From positions 5,677 through 69,676 of the forward strand of contig JAUCBJ010001783.1 in NCBI GenBank assembly GCA_032718475.1: a DNA stretch of 64,000 nucleotides, given 5' to 3'. The notes under the pieces were generated by a model. It made no database searches. It was not told where the DNA came from and saw only the letters and a program-made list of their open reading frames with translations. Of this stretch, positions 1 through 10,921 are shown piece by piece. Source of the DNA: Nemertoderma westbladi. Taxonomy: Eukaryota; Animalia; Xenacoelomorpha. The position numbers and the translations under genes are program-made. Within the stretch, counting starts at the first letter, position 1. Every line of letters begins with the position of its first letter.

Positions 1-720
1 AAATTCTGAAGTGCCAAAATGACCTCTACAAGGCGCATAAGGATTCCCGACTCAAACAGACTACAGCGGCCAAGAATGCAGTTAAGGCTGCATCTAGGTC
101 CCTGAACAGGCAGTACTCTGTTAATTTACAGGAACTAATAAACCAACAGGTTGATGCCATCAATGATGCTGACGACAGCAGGCAATCATCCCAGGCATGG
201 AGATCGATCAACTTGCTTGCTGGTCGAAAAAGCCAACCAACCAACCACCAAGGTTAAGGCTGAATCACCAGCCGATCGCCTCAATGGTTGGAAGGCCCAC
301 TTTGAAAAGCTCCTCAATAATGACAGGGTATTGCCTGATAACTTTATAGAAGTAAAAGTGTCTGAGTCTGTACTCCCAGATATTACCATTGGTGATATCT
401 CCTTTGCAGAAGTGAAGGCTGCTGCAAAGAGCATTAAGACCAATCGTGCCAGTGGAGTAGAGGGTGTTCCCCCTGAGGTCTTTAAAATACCTGAGTGTTT
501 AAAGCTCATATATCCCATCATAGTAGACATGTACCGTACAACAAGAGTCCCACAAGAAATGAAAACAAAGAAGTTGGTGCCAGTTCCCAAGAAGGGCAAC
601 CTAACACTCTATGGTTCTTTTCGGGAAATCTCATTGATCTCGATTGCTGCAAAGCTATTAGCGTCTATGTCAATATGCGAATCTACTCCCATGTCCGAAA
701 ATTCTGGTGTTCCAGAACAT
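1..720 (+). mobile_element. Decayed RTE-like non-LTR retrotransposon fragment (linker and start of RT)
   Basis: ORF 151-762 contains W..HFEKLLN, ASGVEGVPPEVFK and LVPVPKKGNL...FREISLISIAAKLL, which are degenerate LINE pre-RT motifs (cf. PIPKKG..NYRGISL). The ORF is frameshifted and truncated. Confidence 0.75.
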
Positions 721-724
721 AGAT

Positions 725-3700
725 TCTTAAAATGTTCTTCGAAGTCATCAAGAGATAATTAAGATTGTTGTGAGTTATTTTTGTTACCGTTTGAATTTTT
801 CAGTAGAGTCCAAAATTTCCTTGTCTCATTTACCTCCATACTTAACTGTTCCAAATTTTGTGACTGGTCACGTCTGTAATTTGCCCGTGCTCATCTCAGT
901 GTCTTACAATACATACTACGGGTGTGGGGTACAACGATTTTTGACACCACTGTCCGATCAGAGTTCCACTTATTGAGTGCATTCCTAAATGCCGTTCACT
1001 TTGCTAAGCATTCGTCATTAAACCACATGCACTCATTATTGTCGTTAGTACTATCTCTACTCTTACATGTGTTATTTGCCCCCACTTACTTCCGAGGTCG
1101 TCTAAGAGACTGTTTGCGCTGGCGTTAAATTCGTCAGAACCAAGTAGATCCACGAACTGACTACTCTTTGTCTGTTTCCATGAGAACCGTGTACTTTATT
1201 CATTTGTATGTTTTTGTCATTATTTCCCTGGGTGGTATTACACTCTCTTATTGTAGCTTTCCAGGCTAATGTTGCGCTTACCATGCAGTGTTTGGTAGGT
1301 AGCATACTGTCAACATGAACCTTGAAAGCTACAATGTTGCATAATAATTTAGTATCAACTAGCATAAGGTCAATATTTGATTTACCCAAGCCTGTTGCTC
1401 CTGTTACTGAGTAGTATGTGCATTGTCCTTGTGTAGCATCTTCACCCACCCGTCCATTCATTATCTTAAGACCAGTCGACCGGCACAATTGCAATAGTCT
1501 TCTCCCATATTTGTTAACCACTTTATCACAGTTGTTTCTAATTTTCTGCACACCTCCCCATATATCGTCAGAGTCATAAATATAATCTGGAGGTAGTAGA
1601 TTGTCAAAGAAACTATTTCCAGTGAAATCGTCGCTGTCGATATAATCTAGCTCCGTCCCCGTCCTGGAGTTCAAGTCACGTACTACAATTATGTCATGTG
1701 TTTCGCCATATAGAAGTACACCTTCCTCGATTTTGTCGAATAAACACATGGAGTCTGCAATTTGTGCCCTTAGGCCATCGGCGCCGATATATAGTGCACA
1801 AATGACTATATCTTTGCACAGTCCCAACTTTTCACCTATAAGTCAAAGCCAAAGCAGGTCTTCGTACTCTGGCCCATTTAATATTTCAATAGCGCTCCCA
1901 AGAACATTTTTATAATATACTGTACTGTCACCCCCCCCCCCCCCCCCCCCCCCCCAGAAAACCGCTTGGCCCCTGCCTTTTTGTATTTTCTTATTACTTA
2001 TTTATGTTCGTAACACTGAATATCTATATCTAGTTTGGATATTGGCCCTAGTTAGAATTCTTTTCACTTTCCACCCCACTGGAATATTTACCATCTAACC
2101 CCCTTGTTTGTTGGCCGATTGGTGGGGGTTACCAGCTGGAGCAGTAACGCCCCCGTTGTTGGTCTGGTGGCCAGCAACAGCAACTGGCTGTCGGTTCCCT
2201 CCCCCCGACCCCTCTACGCCAGTTGTTACTGAGGCTGCCCTCGACCTAGTGTCATAATCTGCAATTATATTAAGGGAGAACAAGCGCAGACCCCTTATTG
2301 CTCCAGACTTTGATTGTTCTTAACATTATTGCTCACATTTCTGCGGCTTGTATCTCTGCCACGCTTTTTCGCTTTACTCTCTACTGATAACAGGAGCTAA
2401 TGGGTCCACACTTGTTGACTCCACTGTACTTTCACCCAGCCTACTACCGCCTATACTTGAGTTAATACCAGTAGTTACCATGGTTACATCACTAATAACA
2501 TTACAGGGAGCTGATTGCGTCATGCCCACAGTACCAGTACCGGAGGCAGTACTGCTGGTACCGGTAGCAGGAATTAAACTATCACTATTATGCATTCTGC
2601 TTACTGTGTTGTGCGTGTTGTTGCCTCAACGTGCCTAGCCAGGTGAGCTGCGTCAGAAGCATAGCTTGTGACATTCTCGGTGTTACCATTATTAGCTATC
2701 TGTTCTGTGGGCATGGGTACTTGTACAGACTGGTAAAATGACTGATTAGTAGAATTATATAAATTATCATTACCGGTACTACTATTATTACCAAAATGTA
2801 AGTAATCTGTATCAGTACCAGAGCCATTGCTCGCACTGACCATAGCACTGTTGGTTGTATCCGGTTCCTTGTGGGCAACATCAAACGGTACAGCGGTAGC
2901 AGAGTTTACAGCTGAGAGAACGTGCTGCCTGAAAAAACATTGATGTTGTTCCCCACCAGATGGCTTTGATATGGATTCCGGCGACTAGGGGCGTAACTTT
3001 CACCAACATTCATCAACTTCTCCAGCGATATGTTAAGGTCAGCTGCTATATCCCATCCCGTATATCGGCGACCATTTACAGTTAGTATGCTTCCATGGCC
3101 ATTAGAAAGATACCCCTGATTGCACGCCTCACGTGATAATCTATAGAGAACTTGACATTGGTCTCAGATTTCTTTAGGGAAGTCCAAGGTCATTCGGAAC
3201 TCGGTGCCAATGAGTGCCTTACCTGCCTCCCAAATGATGTTTCTATCCTAAGTCGTAGAAACTCCACCTTTAGTGGGCGTCTACGGTCAGAACTGGGTTT
3301 ACCAAGGCAATACGTGCATTCGATTTCCAATTCTTCATGAGCGGATCGCACACCCAGAATCTCTAGAATAAAACTACGTACCAAGTTCTCAGGTTTTCTC
3401 CACGCTATTCCTGGAGACCTTTGAATATGAGGTTTTTTCGCGTATTTAAAACCTCGGCATTAACTGCTCTACGCAGGAGAGACTCATTAGCAGCAGTATT
3501 CTGCCTAACTTCAAGACTCAATGTACCGAGAGATGACCGAAAGTCAGATACTGCATATTGTTATTCGGCTCCAAGTCATCCACCCCTATACTTCACCTGC
3601 TGCTGGACACATTCGATCTTTTCTGCACTCCCCTTGCATTCTCCATCTCATGGTTTATTCGCACTGCTTCGGCAGTGATATTGACTATGTCTATGTCAGT
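725..3700 (-). mobile_element. Decayed LINE with ORF1 remnant and APE endonuclease of ORF2
   Basis: ORF 1102-1827 has APE motifs (RDLNSRTG, NKYGRRLLQLC, IMNGR, SNIDLML), and a WFNDEC motif lies near 1010-1030. Around 3190-3450 the minus strand reads RKNLIFKGLQE...RRPLKVEF, typical of a LINE ORF1. There are many stops and frameshifts. Boundaries are approximate. Confidence 0.7.
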
Positions 3701-3900
3701 CGTATCGAAACCCAACTAGCAACTAGCCCGATGGGGGCTCTGCGTTGCTATTTCCGCGATTTGTCTCCGTGGTGCTATTTCCGCGATTTGTCTCCATTGT
3801 CTATAAGATTGATGTTGATGGCCTACTTCTGATTTCAGGATTTTGATTTCCAGTATGCAGTACTGCAGTAGTATTAGTATTATTGTAGTTTTATAAATGA

Positions 3901-4020
3901 CAGGGGCGATAAAGGACCAGGGGCGATAAGTTCCTAAAAACTCAGAACTGGGGAGCGATAAGTTCCCAACAAAAATGCAATTTATAGGGGCAATAAAGTT
4001 CCAGGGGTGATAAGGTCCTG
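3901..4020 (+). repeat. Cluster of GGGGCGATAA(G) motifs, probably a subterminal remnant of a DNA transposon
   Basis: About five imperfect copies of ggggcgataa followed by gttcc or ggacc within 120 bp. Confidence 0.35.
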
Positions 4021-4909
4021 CTTTGATTCTAACATCCCCTGTCGCTGAGTGAAAAGATAATCATCATAGAGAAGTGAGTCCCTAGGTTCGATATAACACC
4101 CACCGAACAGAACACCAAGACAAAAATATAAGCTAATTTCAGGCAAATTTAAGATTTCAGGCAACTATCCTTGCCATTATTCAAACGCGAAATGTTTCCT
4201 CTTCTCAATGTAAACAAATATCAATCAATCATTGATCAAATATCAAATACCCAAATATCACTATTTAGGTGATTGTTTTAAAAAGGAAATTCTATGTCAA
4301 CTACGCCTAAATTGTAGTACTCTTGCATCTGATATGGCTAAGCTATACCTAATGGATTCAACTGAATAACCTCTTGTGGCCACTCTTGTGAGGATTCCAA
4401 GCACTATCTTATCTTTTGTCCAGCATATCAATTTCCTCGCTCCAAACTATTATTATTTTTGTCCTCAAATTCAATTCCATTGCTGTATCTTCTCTTTTGC
4501 ATGGTCATAATGTTCTTCCCTCACTCCAATCGATTCTCGCATCTGAACTAGGTATATTCATTCGTGCCTCTAAGCGTTTTAGAACATGGGGTTTTGAACA
4601 TGGGTTGAAATTGTTAAATTTAAATTAGGTCTACAAGTACATTGTTTTCTACTGAGCTACTCACTTATTGGATGCTCCCTGGTAACAAAGAGAATCGCTT
4701 GGCACTGGTTTTGTCACATGACTGTTCTTCAATTTGCGAATTTGTAAAAGTTTGCTACTGCTTTTGTACCGATTTTTTCCTAATTTTGAGGTACTTTTTG
4801 ATTATGTCTCAATACTATTTTGATGATAATTTTAATTTATTAATGGTTAATATCATATGGTTATGGTTAATATGATAGTCTTTTTGTTTCCAGTCATTGA
4901 ACCCCCTGA

Positions 4910-5440
4910 TTGGTTATGTGTAGAATACTTCAGCTCCAAGTGTCTTGGATTCTGAGATGGGCTGAAGACTTCCATATATGAAAGGGCAAGATATGGTTTT
5001 TTGCATTAAATCATATCAAGGGGATGTAAATCACCTGGATCCACACATTCTCTCAATGTCAATATATTAAGGGCAGTGGTAGAGCCTGTGCTGCAATATG
5101 GCAGTCCTTGATAGGATCTTACAGCAGAAGACAGCAGATTCATTAATGGTACATAAACCAGAATGCTGTGCAAGTTCCAGGACATACAATAGGCCTAGAA
5201 TCCTCAGTTAACAAACAAGGCAGTGTACTTTACAAGCTAGGTAGTGACTGTGAATTTCCAAAATGCACCACCACCCTTCTGGTATTAAGAGTGAGACTTA
5301 CCGGCCATTGTTATCATAGAACTGATCAGCAGTAGCATGCGCTTGCTTGTTCTATGGTGACAGCTGTTACGGCAAGAGGAAACTTCGTTGTCAGCTATTG
5401 GTATTACTTAAACAATGGCTCTAAAAGACACTGTGGTCTT
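4910..5440 (+). mobile_element. Highly decayed 3' fragment of the RTE family seen at 29431-30720
   Basis: Translates as RAVVEPVLQYGSP**DLTAEDS, matching RAAVVPVLLYGSPCWALTAEDT of ORF 29481-30770. Downstream remnants resemble RFAGHCFR and LKDTGL. Confidence 0.7.
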
Positions 5441-5627
5441 GATAATGCCACATACAAGGCCATCCGACACTATCATATATGAATATACTTTCTATCATAA
5501 ATGTTACCACTTGTCTGTGAAGGGAAGCCACTTTATAATTCAATTATAAAGTAATAATATACTATAATTTATTTACTCCATGTGAAATACATATAGGTCA
5601 GATCAGATAGGTAGGTAGGTCTACAAG

Positions 5628-6926
5628 ATGTCAGGAGAAGTGGCACCTATTATATCATGTAATACAAATAAAATTCCGAATAGCCTTCAAAAGGGATGGA
5701 GACTCTACATATTGGTGGGCATGTTGCTGTTAAATCAAATGATTCCAGGATGGTGCCAGAATCTATTGGAGTCCTTCGTCCCAATTGTTGTAGAAGAGCG
5801 TGGTTGGTCAAAAACTCTCATTGGTGCATTGCTGGCAACATTTTCCACAAGCAGACTTATAATATACATTACTTGCCCTCATTCAATCAACAATTGGGGA
5901 ACTCGCATCTCTTTGGGTATATTTGGTACTATTGGGGCAATTTCGCAATTGGCATTTGGTTTTGTAGAATATATTCCTAAAAGCAATGGGTTGTTATATA
6001 TATTGGCTTGTTTTTCACTGCGGCTAATTGAGGCTGTTGGACTCAACATAAGTTTCATGTACTCTTACAGCCTTTTGATAGAATTGTGGCCACAACAAAG
6101 AACCTTATTAACCAGTCTAGCAGTTGTTTGTGGAAGTTTTGGATTTATGGTTGCACCTGTATTTGGTTCAACAATTTTTGCTGCATTGGGTTTTGAGTTT
6201 CCATTTGTAATATCGGGTTTGATGTTTCTCATTGTCGCCCTATACTGCTGGAAGGAGTCGCCAGCATATATTCATGACAGATGTGAATCAAACAGACCAA
6301 GTTATCTTGGATTTTTGAAGAATCCAGCAATTACACTTATATTTATTTTAAACGCTTGTTTCACAATTCTTTCTTCTTTTATCAATGCCAATTATTCAGC
6401 CTACATTCACCACAACTACAATGTGAACCAGTACAGAATTGGTGGTATATATATGATATTTCCGGTGTTTATTACAGCCACTGGTCTAATAATGGCATTA
6501 ATGATGAATAAATTGAGACCTATCTTACCAACTATATTTGGCGCAATATTACTAACAGTATCAATGCAACTAATAGGCCCAACAGAACTACTGGGTTTAC
6601 CTCATTATCTTGGTATCTCTATTGCTGGATGTGCTCTTCATGGAATCGGGCTTGGTCTGTACGAAACCCCTGCTATAGAAATACAAACACAATTGGCCGT
6701 GAATATTTGTGGATATCATGATAATGTTGACACCAGATCACTTATCCAACAAATGTATCGAATTTCTGTGTCAATTGGGGCTATCATAGGTCTTGTTATA
6801 GGCGGATTTCTCAATGATTTTTTTGGAATGGAATTAGCTTGCTCGCTCCTCAGTTTGTTTGGGTTGCCTTTTCTTTTTGCACTGATGGCAGTGTTCGCTT
6901 TCAAATGTTGTGTTACTGTTAAGTAA
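5628..6926 (+). CDS. MFS transporter, SLC18B1-like, single exon, 432 aa
   Basis: About 12 hydrophobic helices. Segments EERGWSKTLIGA, FGFVEYIP, CFSLRLIEAVG, GFEFPFVISG and IGGFLNDFFG parallel SLC18B1 as recalled. Orthology is not established. Confidence 0.8.
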   Translation: MSGEVAPIISCNTNKIPNSLQKGWRLYILVGMLLLNQMIPGWCQNLLESFVPIVVEERGWSKTLIGALLATFSTSRLIIYITCPHSINNWGTRISLGIFGTIGAISQLAFGFVEYIPKSNGLLYILACFSLRLIEAVGLNISFMYSYSLLIELWPQQRTLLTSLAVVCGSFGFMVAPVFGSTIFAALGFEFPFVISGLMFLIVALYCWKESPAYIHDRCESNRPSYLGFLKNPAITLIFILNACFTILSSFINANYSAYIHHNYNVNQYRIGGIYMIFPVFITATGLIMALMMNKLRPILPTIFGAILLTVSMQLIGPTELLGLPHYLGISIAGCALHGIGLGLYETPAIEIQTQLAVNICGYHDNVDTRSLIQQMYRISVSIGAIIGLVIGGFLNDFFGMELACSLLSLFGLPFLFALMAVFAFKCCVTVK

Positions 6927-9362
6927 TTGAATTCTTCATTATGTTGGGGTTGGGCGCCAGAGGATCCGTTATTTTGTTTAGCTGGTTGTGGTGGTAATAT
7001 TTTTTTGATTCATTGACTTTATGTTTAGTTATTTAATTTATTTGTAAGGAATTAATTTCGTACTACAAAATCCCCAGTGCGATGCTATTTCTCAGTATGT
7101 ACCTTTTAGTAGGCCTACAAGGTCCAGCTTGTGACCCCGTACGATTTTTTAGTTGACGAAGTGACCCCACATAGATGTTTAGTACAGATATGGGACATTA
7201 TACAAGATTTGGGTAGACTTCACCAAACTGTTGGCTGGTTTTTTTTAGAGAGTCTTAATCACAGCAAAGGAGGAAATTGCGAAAAAGATTACTATTTTGG
7301 ATATGAAGAATTAAATGGCATATATAGTTTTTCAAAAATACCATAGCAACCAGGTGATAACCACCAATATATCAAGTATAAGGAACAATAAGCATTACTT
7401 TTAGTTTTTAGTTGCCTTGGCAACGGGTAAGTTTTATGTATTAGCCGTAGTCTCATTAAATCAACCTCCATCCTCACTGTTATCGATTATACGGAGAAAT
7501 ACAATATGTTTTTAGTTTCTAGGTATGAAATGACAAGTTGCTATGGTAACTTGTCAGAAAAGTTGAGAAAGTGTTTCTTGTATTAGCGGTTTTCATTTAC
7601 AAAGTACCGGTATGTCCAATACGTTAACGCGTCAATCTAAACACGCACGTGGGGACTTCGCGCAGCACGTTAGTCCAAATAAACCTTTTCGTAGAGTCAC
7701 TAGTCATTCGCCCCATAGCGGCAGACAGAGGAACTTAAAATCTATATGTGAGCAGAATTTATTCATTGAGCAACGCTCGTAAGGTCACTCCTACCAAATT
7801 TCAGATGAATCTGATGGTTGGTTCTATAATTACAGCCACTTTTACTTTTCTGTGAATTCGCACCCCTAGTGACAGACTGAGGAACTATAGAAGTCTGTCT
7901 TTTCTGTTTAATTTCTAAACCTTTGATTGACTACATGTGTACCAAGTTTGGTTTCAATTCATCCACGATTGACGGACTTATTAGCGTTCAACCATTTTCG
8001 ACAAGACGACAACAACGAAGACGAGAGACGGGTCCACTAATTACCCCTACGCTAATGCTCGCGTGGACTTACGTGGCTCGCCCCATATTCACTAAACAAT
8101 CATATGACGTCATTCGAATCCCTTTTAGTTCTCGAGTTATCGTGGAATATCTACCTGCCAATCTGTCTGTCAAAATGTTAGATAGACAGACAGACAACCT
8201 CCAGACAGACAGACTACGTTTCCCCAAATATTAAAACTGACATCGTAAATGAAATCAGCGACCCCGAAAACCCCATAAATATAATTTTAGCTCGGTGGTG
8301 TGCTTCCTTCCTGTCAGAAACTATTAACCAACCAGACCCCATATAGGCAGTTTTGCGCGGGAAGGTTGGAACTTTGAAGGCAAGTACTTATCTCAGAAAG
8401 TGTACATTTTTTCACACGAAAAATAAATACTACTCCTCCGCCATTTCTTAACCGTTTTATGCTAATTTTTATGAACTTTACCTTTATGAAAGGTAATTTC
8501 ATAAGCTTCAATAAATTATTTCGGACAGCTTTTTTTATTTAATAATATTTCCCCATTTGTTTTAATAAAGAAAGATTCGAAAAGACATGTTTTGACATGT
8601 GTGACAATTTTTTTTAGAAAATTACCAATTATCAGAAATAGAAAATGAAAATACAAAAAGTGGTTTAAACAAATGATGACAATGAACATGCTGGTTGCAA
8701 AAAATGTGGTATCGGAAAATAAAAATGAAAAATAACGGAGGAGTATAATTTTTAGGGAAATTTTTAAAACTTCATGCAGGCCGCTAGGGAGCGCCAAAAA
8801 TTCTTTCTTTCAAATTTTTATTTACTTTTGATGATTTTCTATTCGATGGTATATAGTTTTCTATGCAATTTCAGCCACTTTGGAGACATACTGTATACAA
8901 GTTAATAAAATCAACTACCCCCCCCCCCCCCCCCCCTAATCAAATAATCCAACCAAAACTCGATTAAACAAGATAACTGGAGTAAAATATATGTTTACTA
9001 AACATCTTATATAAATTACTAATGAAATTTTATATAAATAATTTATATATAAAATGATCTGGTCTAGAATAATATGTTGCGAATTCAACAGAATAAACTC
9101 ATAGATCATTGATTGGATAAATATTTTATTTGTTGTAAGTCACTTTTTTCTGTCAAAGTCGTTAACAAGTTTGAGAAAAAAAAGAACACTTTATATGTCA
9201 ACAAAAAAGAGTAAGGCACAGAAACTGACGGATTCTTCGCAAATTTCGCTAATGTCGTAAACGTCGGGAATTTTTTTGTTATGTAAAATGGACACTCCTT
9301 AAGCAAATGGGCCCCTACTTCGCCCCTGTCGACATCCACCAGCCAATTTTTCCACCAGTCCT

Positions 9363-10478
9363 TTTTTAGAGTGTTTTAAGTTTTTTTGGTATTGGTCAAT
9401 GTTCTAGAACATTAGTAGATATGTTTTTTATGATAGGTAGTATTTTTTGAAATTATAAAAAAAATGTGAAAGCAGGATATTTCGGATAGTTATAAAACCC
9501 GAAAAAAACGAAAAGCACGAAATTATTAACGAAAATATCGAAATTATAAAACTTTAAATAAAATCTAACTTTCCAGTGAGATCGGTATTATTAGAAGGCA
9601 CATTTTACTTTTTTTAATTAATAAAATCCGATAATTTCGCCCCATTTTCGACCCTAAAAGTAATTTAATACCAAATACTGGCTCTGCTGATTGGTTGTTA
9701 GGGGTGATCCAATGATTGCAAAACACCACAAGATGGCGCTCAAATTAGGACAGTACAGTCAGAGTGTAGGCCTACTGCAGTTATAGCGACTGCTGGACTG
9801 CAATTCTGTAGTTACGTTCATCTGTTCACATCCGCCGCGCCGCGTCACTTGCCTGACAGTCACTGTAGGCCTACAGTGCACACCTAAGCCAGGTAGCGCT
9901 AAAGGTACCGTATGCCGTAATGTAATGCAAACAACATTTCATATGGGAATTACATCGTTGCAGTACTGGGTTAGGGTACCGGACCGCTTCTTTCAACTTT
10001 GCCGCTTCAGGCTGTACCGTACCATATGCTTGTACTGTACAGTAATACACCAGTAGGCCCCTATACTGATCTGTTGATGCTGAGTCATTCATCCAAGCTG
10101 CCATTATTGGTCAACACCCAACAACCAACCAGTAGACAGTATTTGGTATTAAATTACTTTTAAGGTCGAAAATGGGGCGAAATTATCGGATTTTATTAAT
10201 TAAAAAATGTAAAGTGTGACTTATAATTATACTCATCTTATTGGAAAGCGAGATTTTGTAGATTGTTTGATAATTTTGATATTTTCGCTGATAAATTCGT
10301 CTTTTTCGTTATTTTCGGGTTTTATAACTATCCGGATATTTCAGGTTAAACTGTTGCAGAATATATTAATGACCAAAATAATTTTTAAAAATTACTAGCT
10401 AGCAAAAAATACTAGCTACCATAAAAAATCTACTAAGGTTCTAGAACATTCACTAATATAAAAAAAAACACTCAAAAA
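9363..10478. mobile_element. Foldback-like element with long imperfect inverted arms (about 350 bp each)
   Basis: 9610-9680 (taataaaatccgataatttcgccccattttcgacc...ccaaatactg) is a near-perfect reverse complement of 10137-10207. Patchy pairing continues outward (ggatagttataaaacccgaaa / tttcgggttttataactatcc; gagtgtttt / aaaacactc). Confidence 0.65.
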
Positions 10479-10624
10479 CAATATTAATTGGGCTAGAGTT
10501 CCGTATAGAACTACATTTTTAAAACATATATTATTGTTACTATGGCAACGTTGAAGAGTTCTAGAACGAATCGAGAAAGAAATTTTTTTTATTACTAGCT
10601 ATTTTAAATTTAAAACATTGCTAT

Positions 10625-10921
10625 TGTGATGATCCGATGTAAGATCGTAAACAAGATGAATTGATATACGCAAAGCAATATTGTTTATATTAATAAAATC
10701 GGCAAAAGGTAAAACAGCAGTATTGCTGTAGTCCAGTATGCAGTACAGCAGTAGTCATGGTTAGACTACAGGACTGGCTGACTGGTCTGGTGTAATACAA
10801 TCTACAGCATAAACATATAAAACAGCAGTACCGGTAAAAGGTACAGTACAGACTACCAGAACATAACATATACAGTATCCTAATAGGCCAGGCATTCGGT
10901 CAGTCTCAAGGGATCTCCACA
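10625..10921 (-). repeat. 3' LTR of the Gypsy element
   Basis: The first ~62 bp recur at 15382. The repeat is bounded by tgt/aca and adjoins the polypurine tract at 10922-10931. Confidence 0.85.

Noticed and set aside
1930-1955. Long poly-C/poly-G runs here and near 8918, 13709, 35383, 37488, 43813 and 45214
   Set aside because: Simple homopolymers with no shared context; their lengths are unreliable in assemblies.
7550-8300. Possible Helitron or other non-autonomous repeat ((ACAG)n tract, cagcgaccccgaaaacccc, taccaa(a/g)ttt motifs)
   Set aside because: It looks repeat-derived, but no termini, TSD or second copy could be defined in the window.
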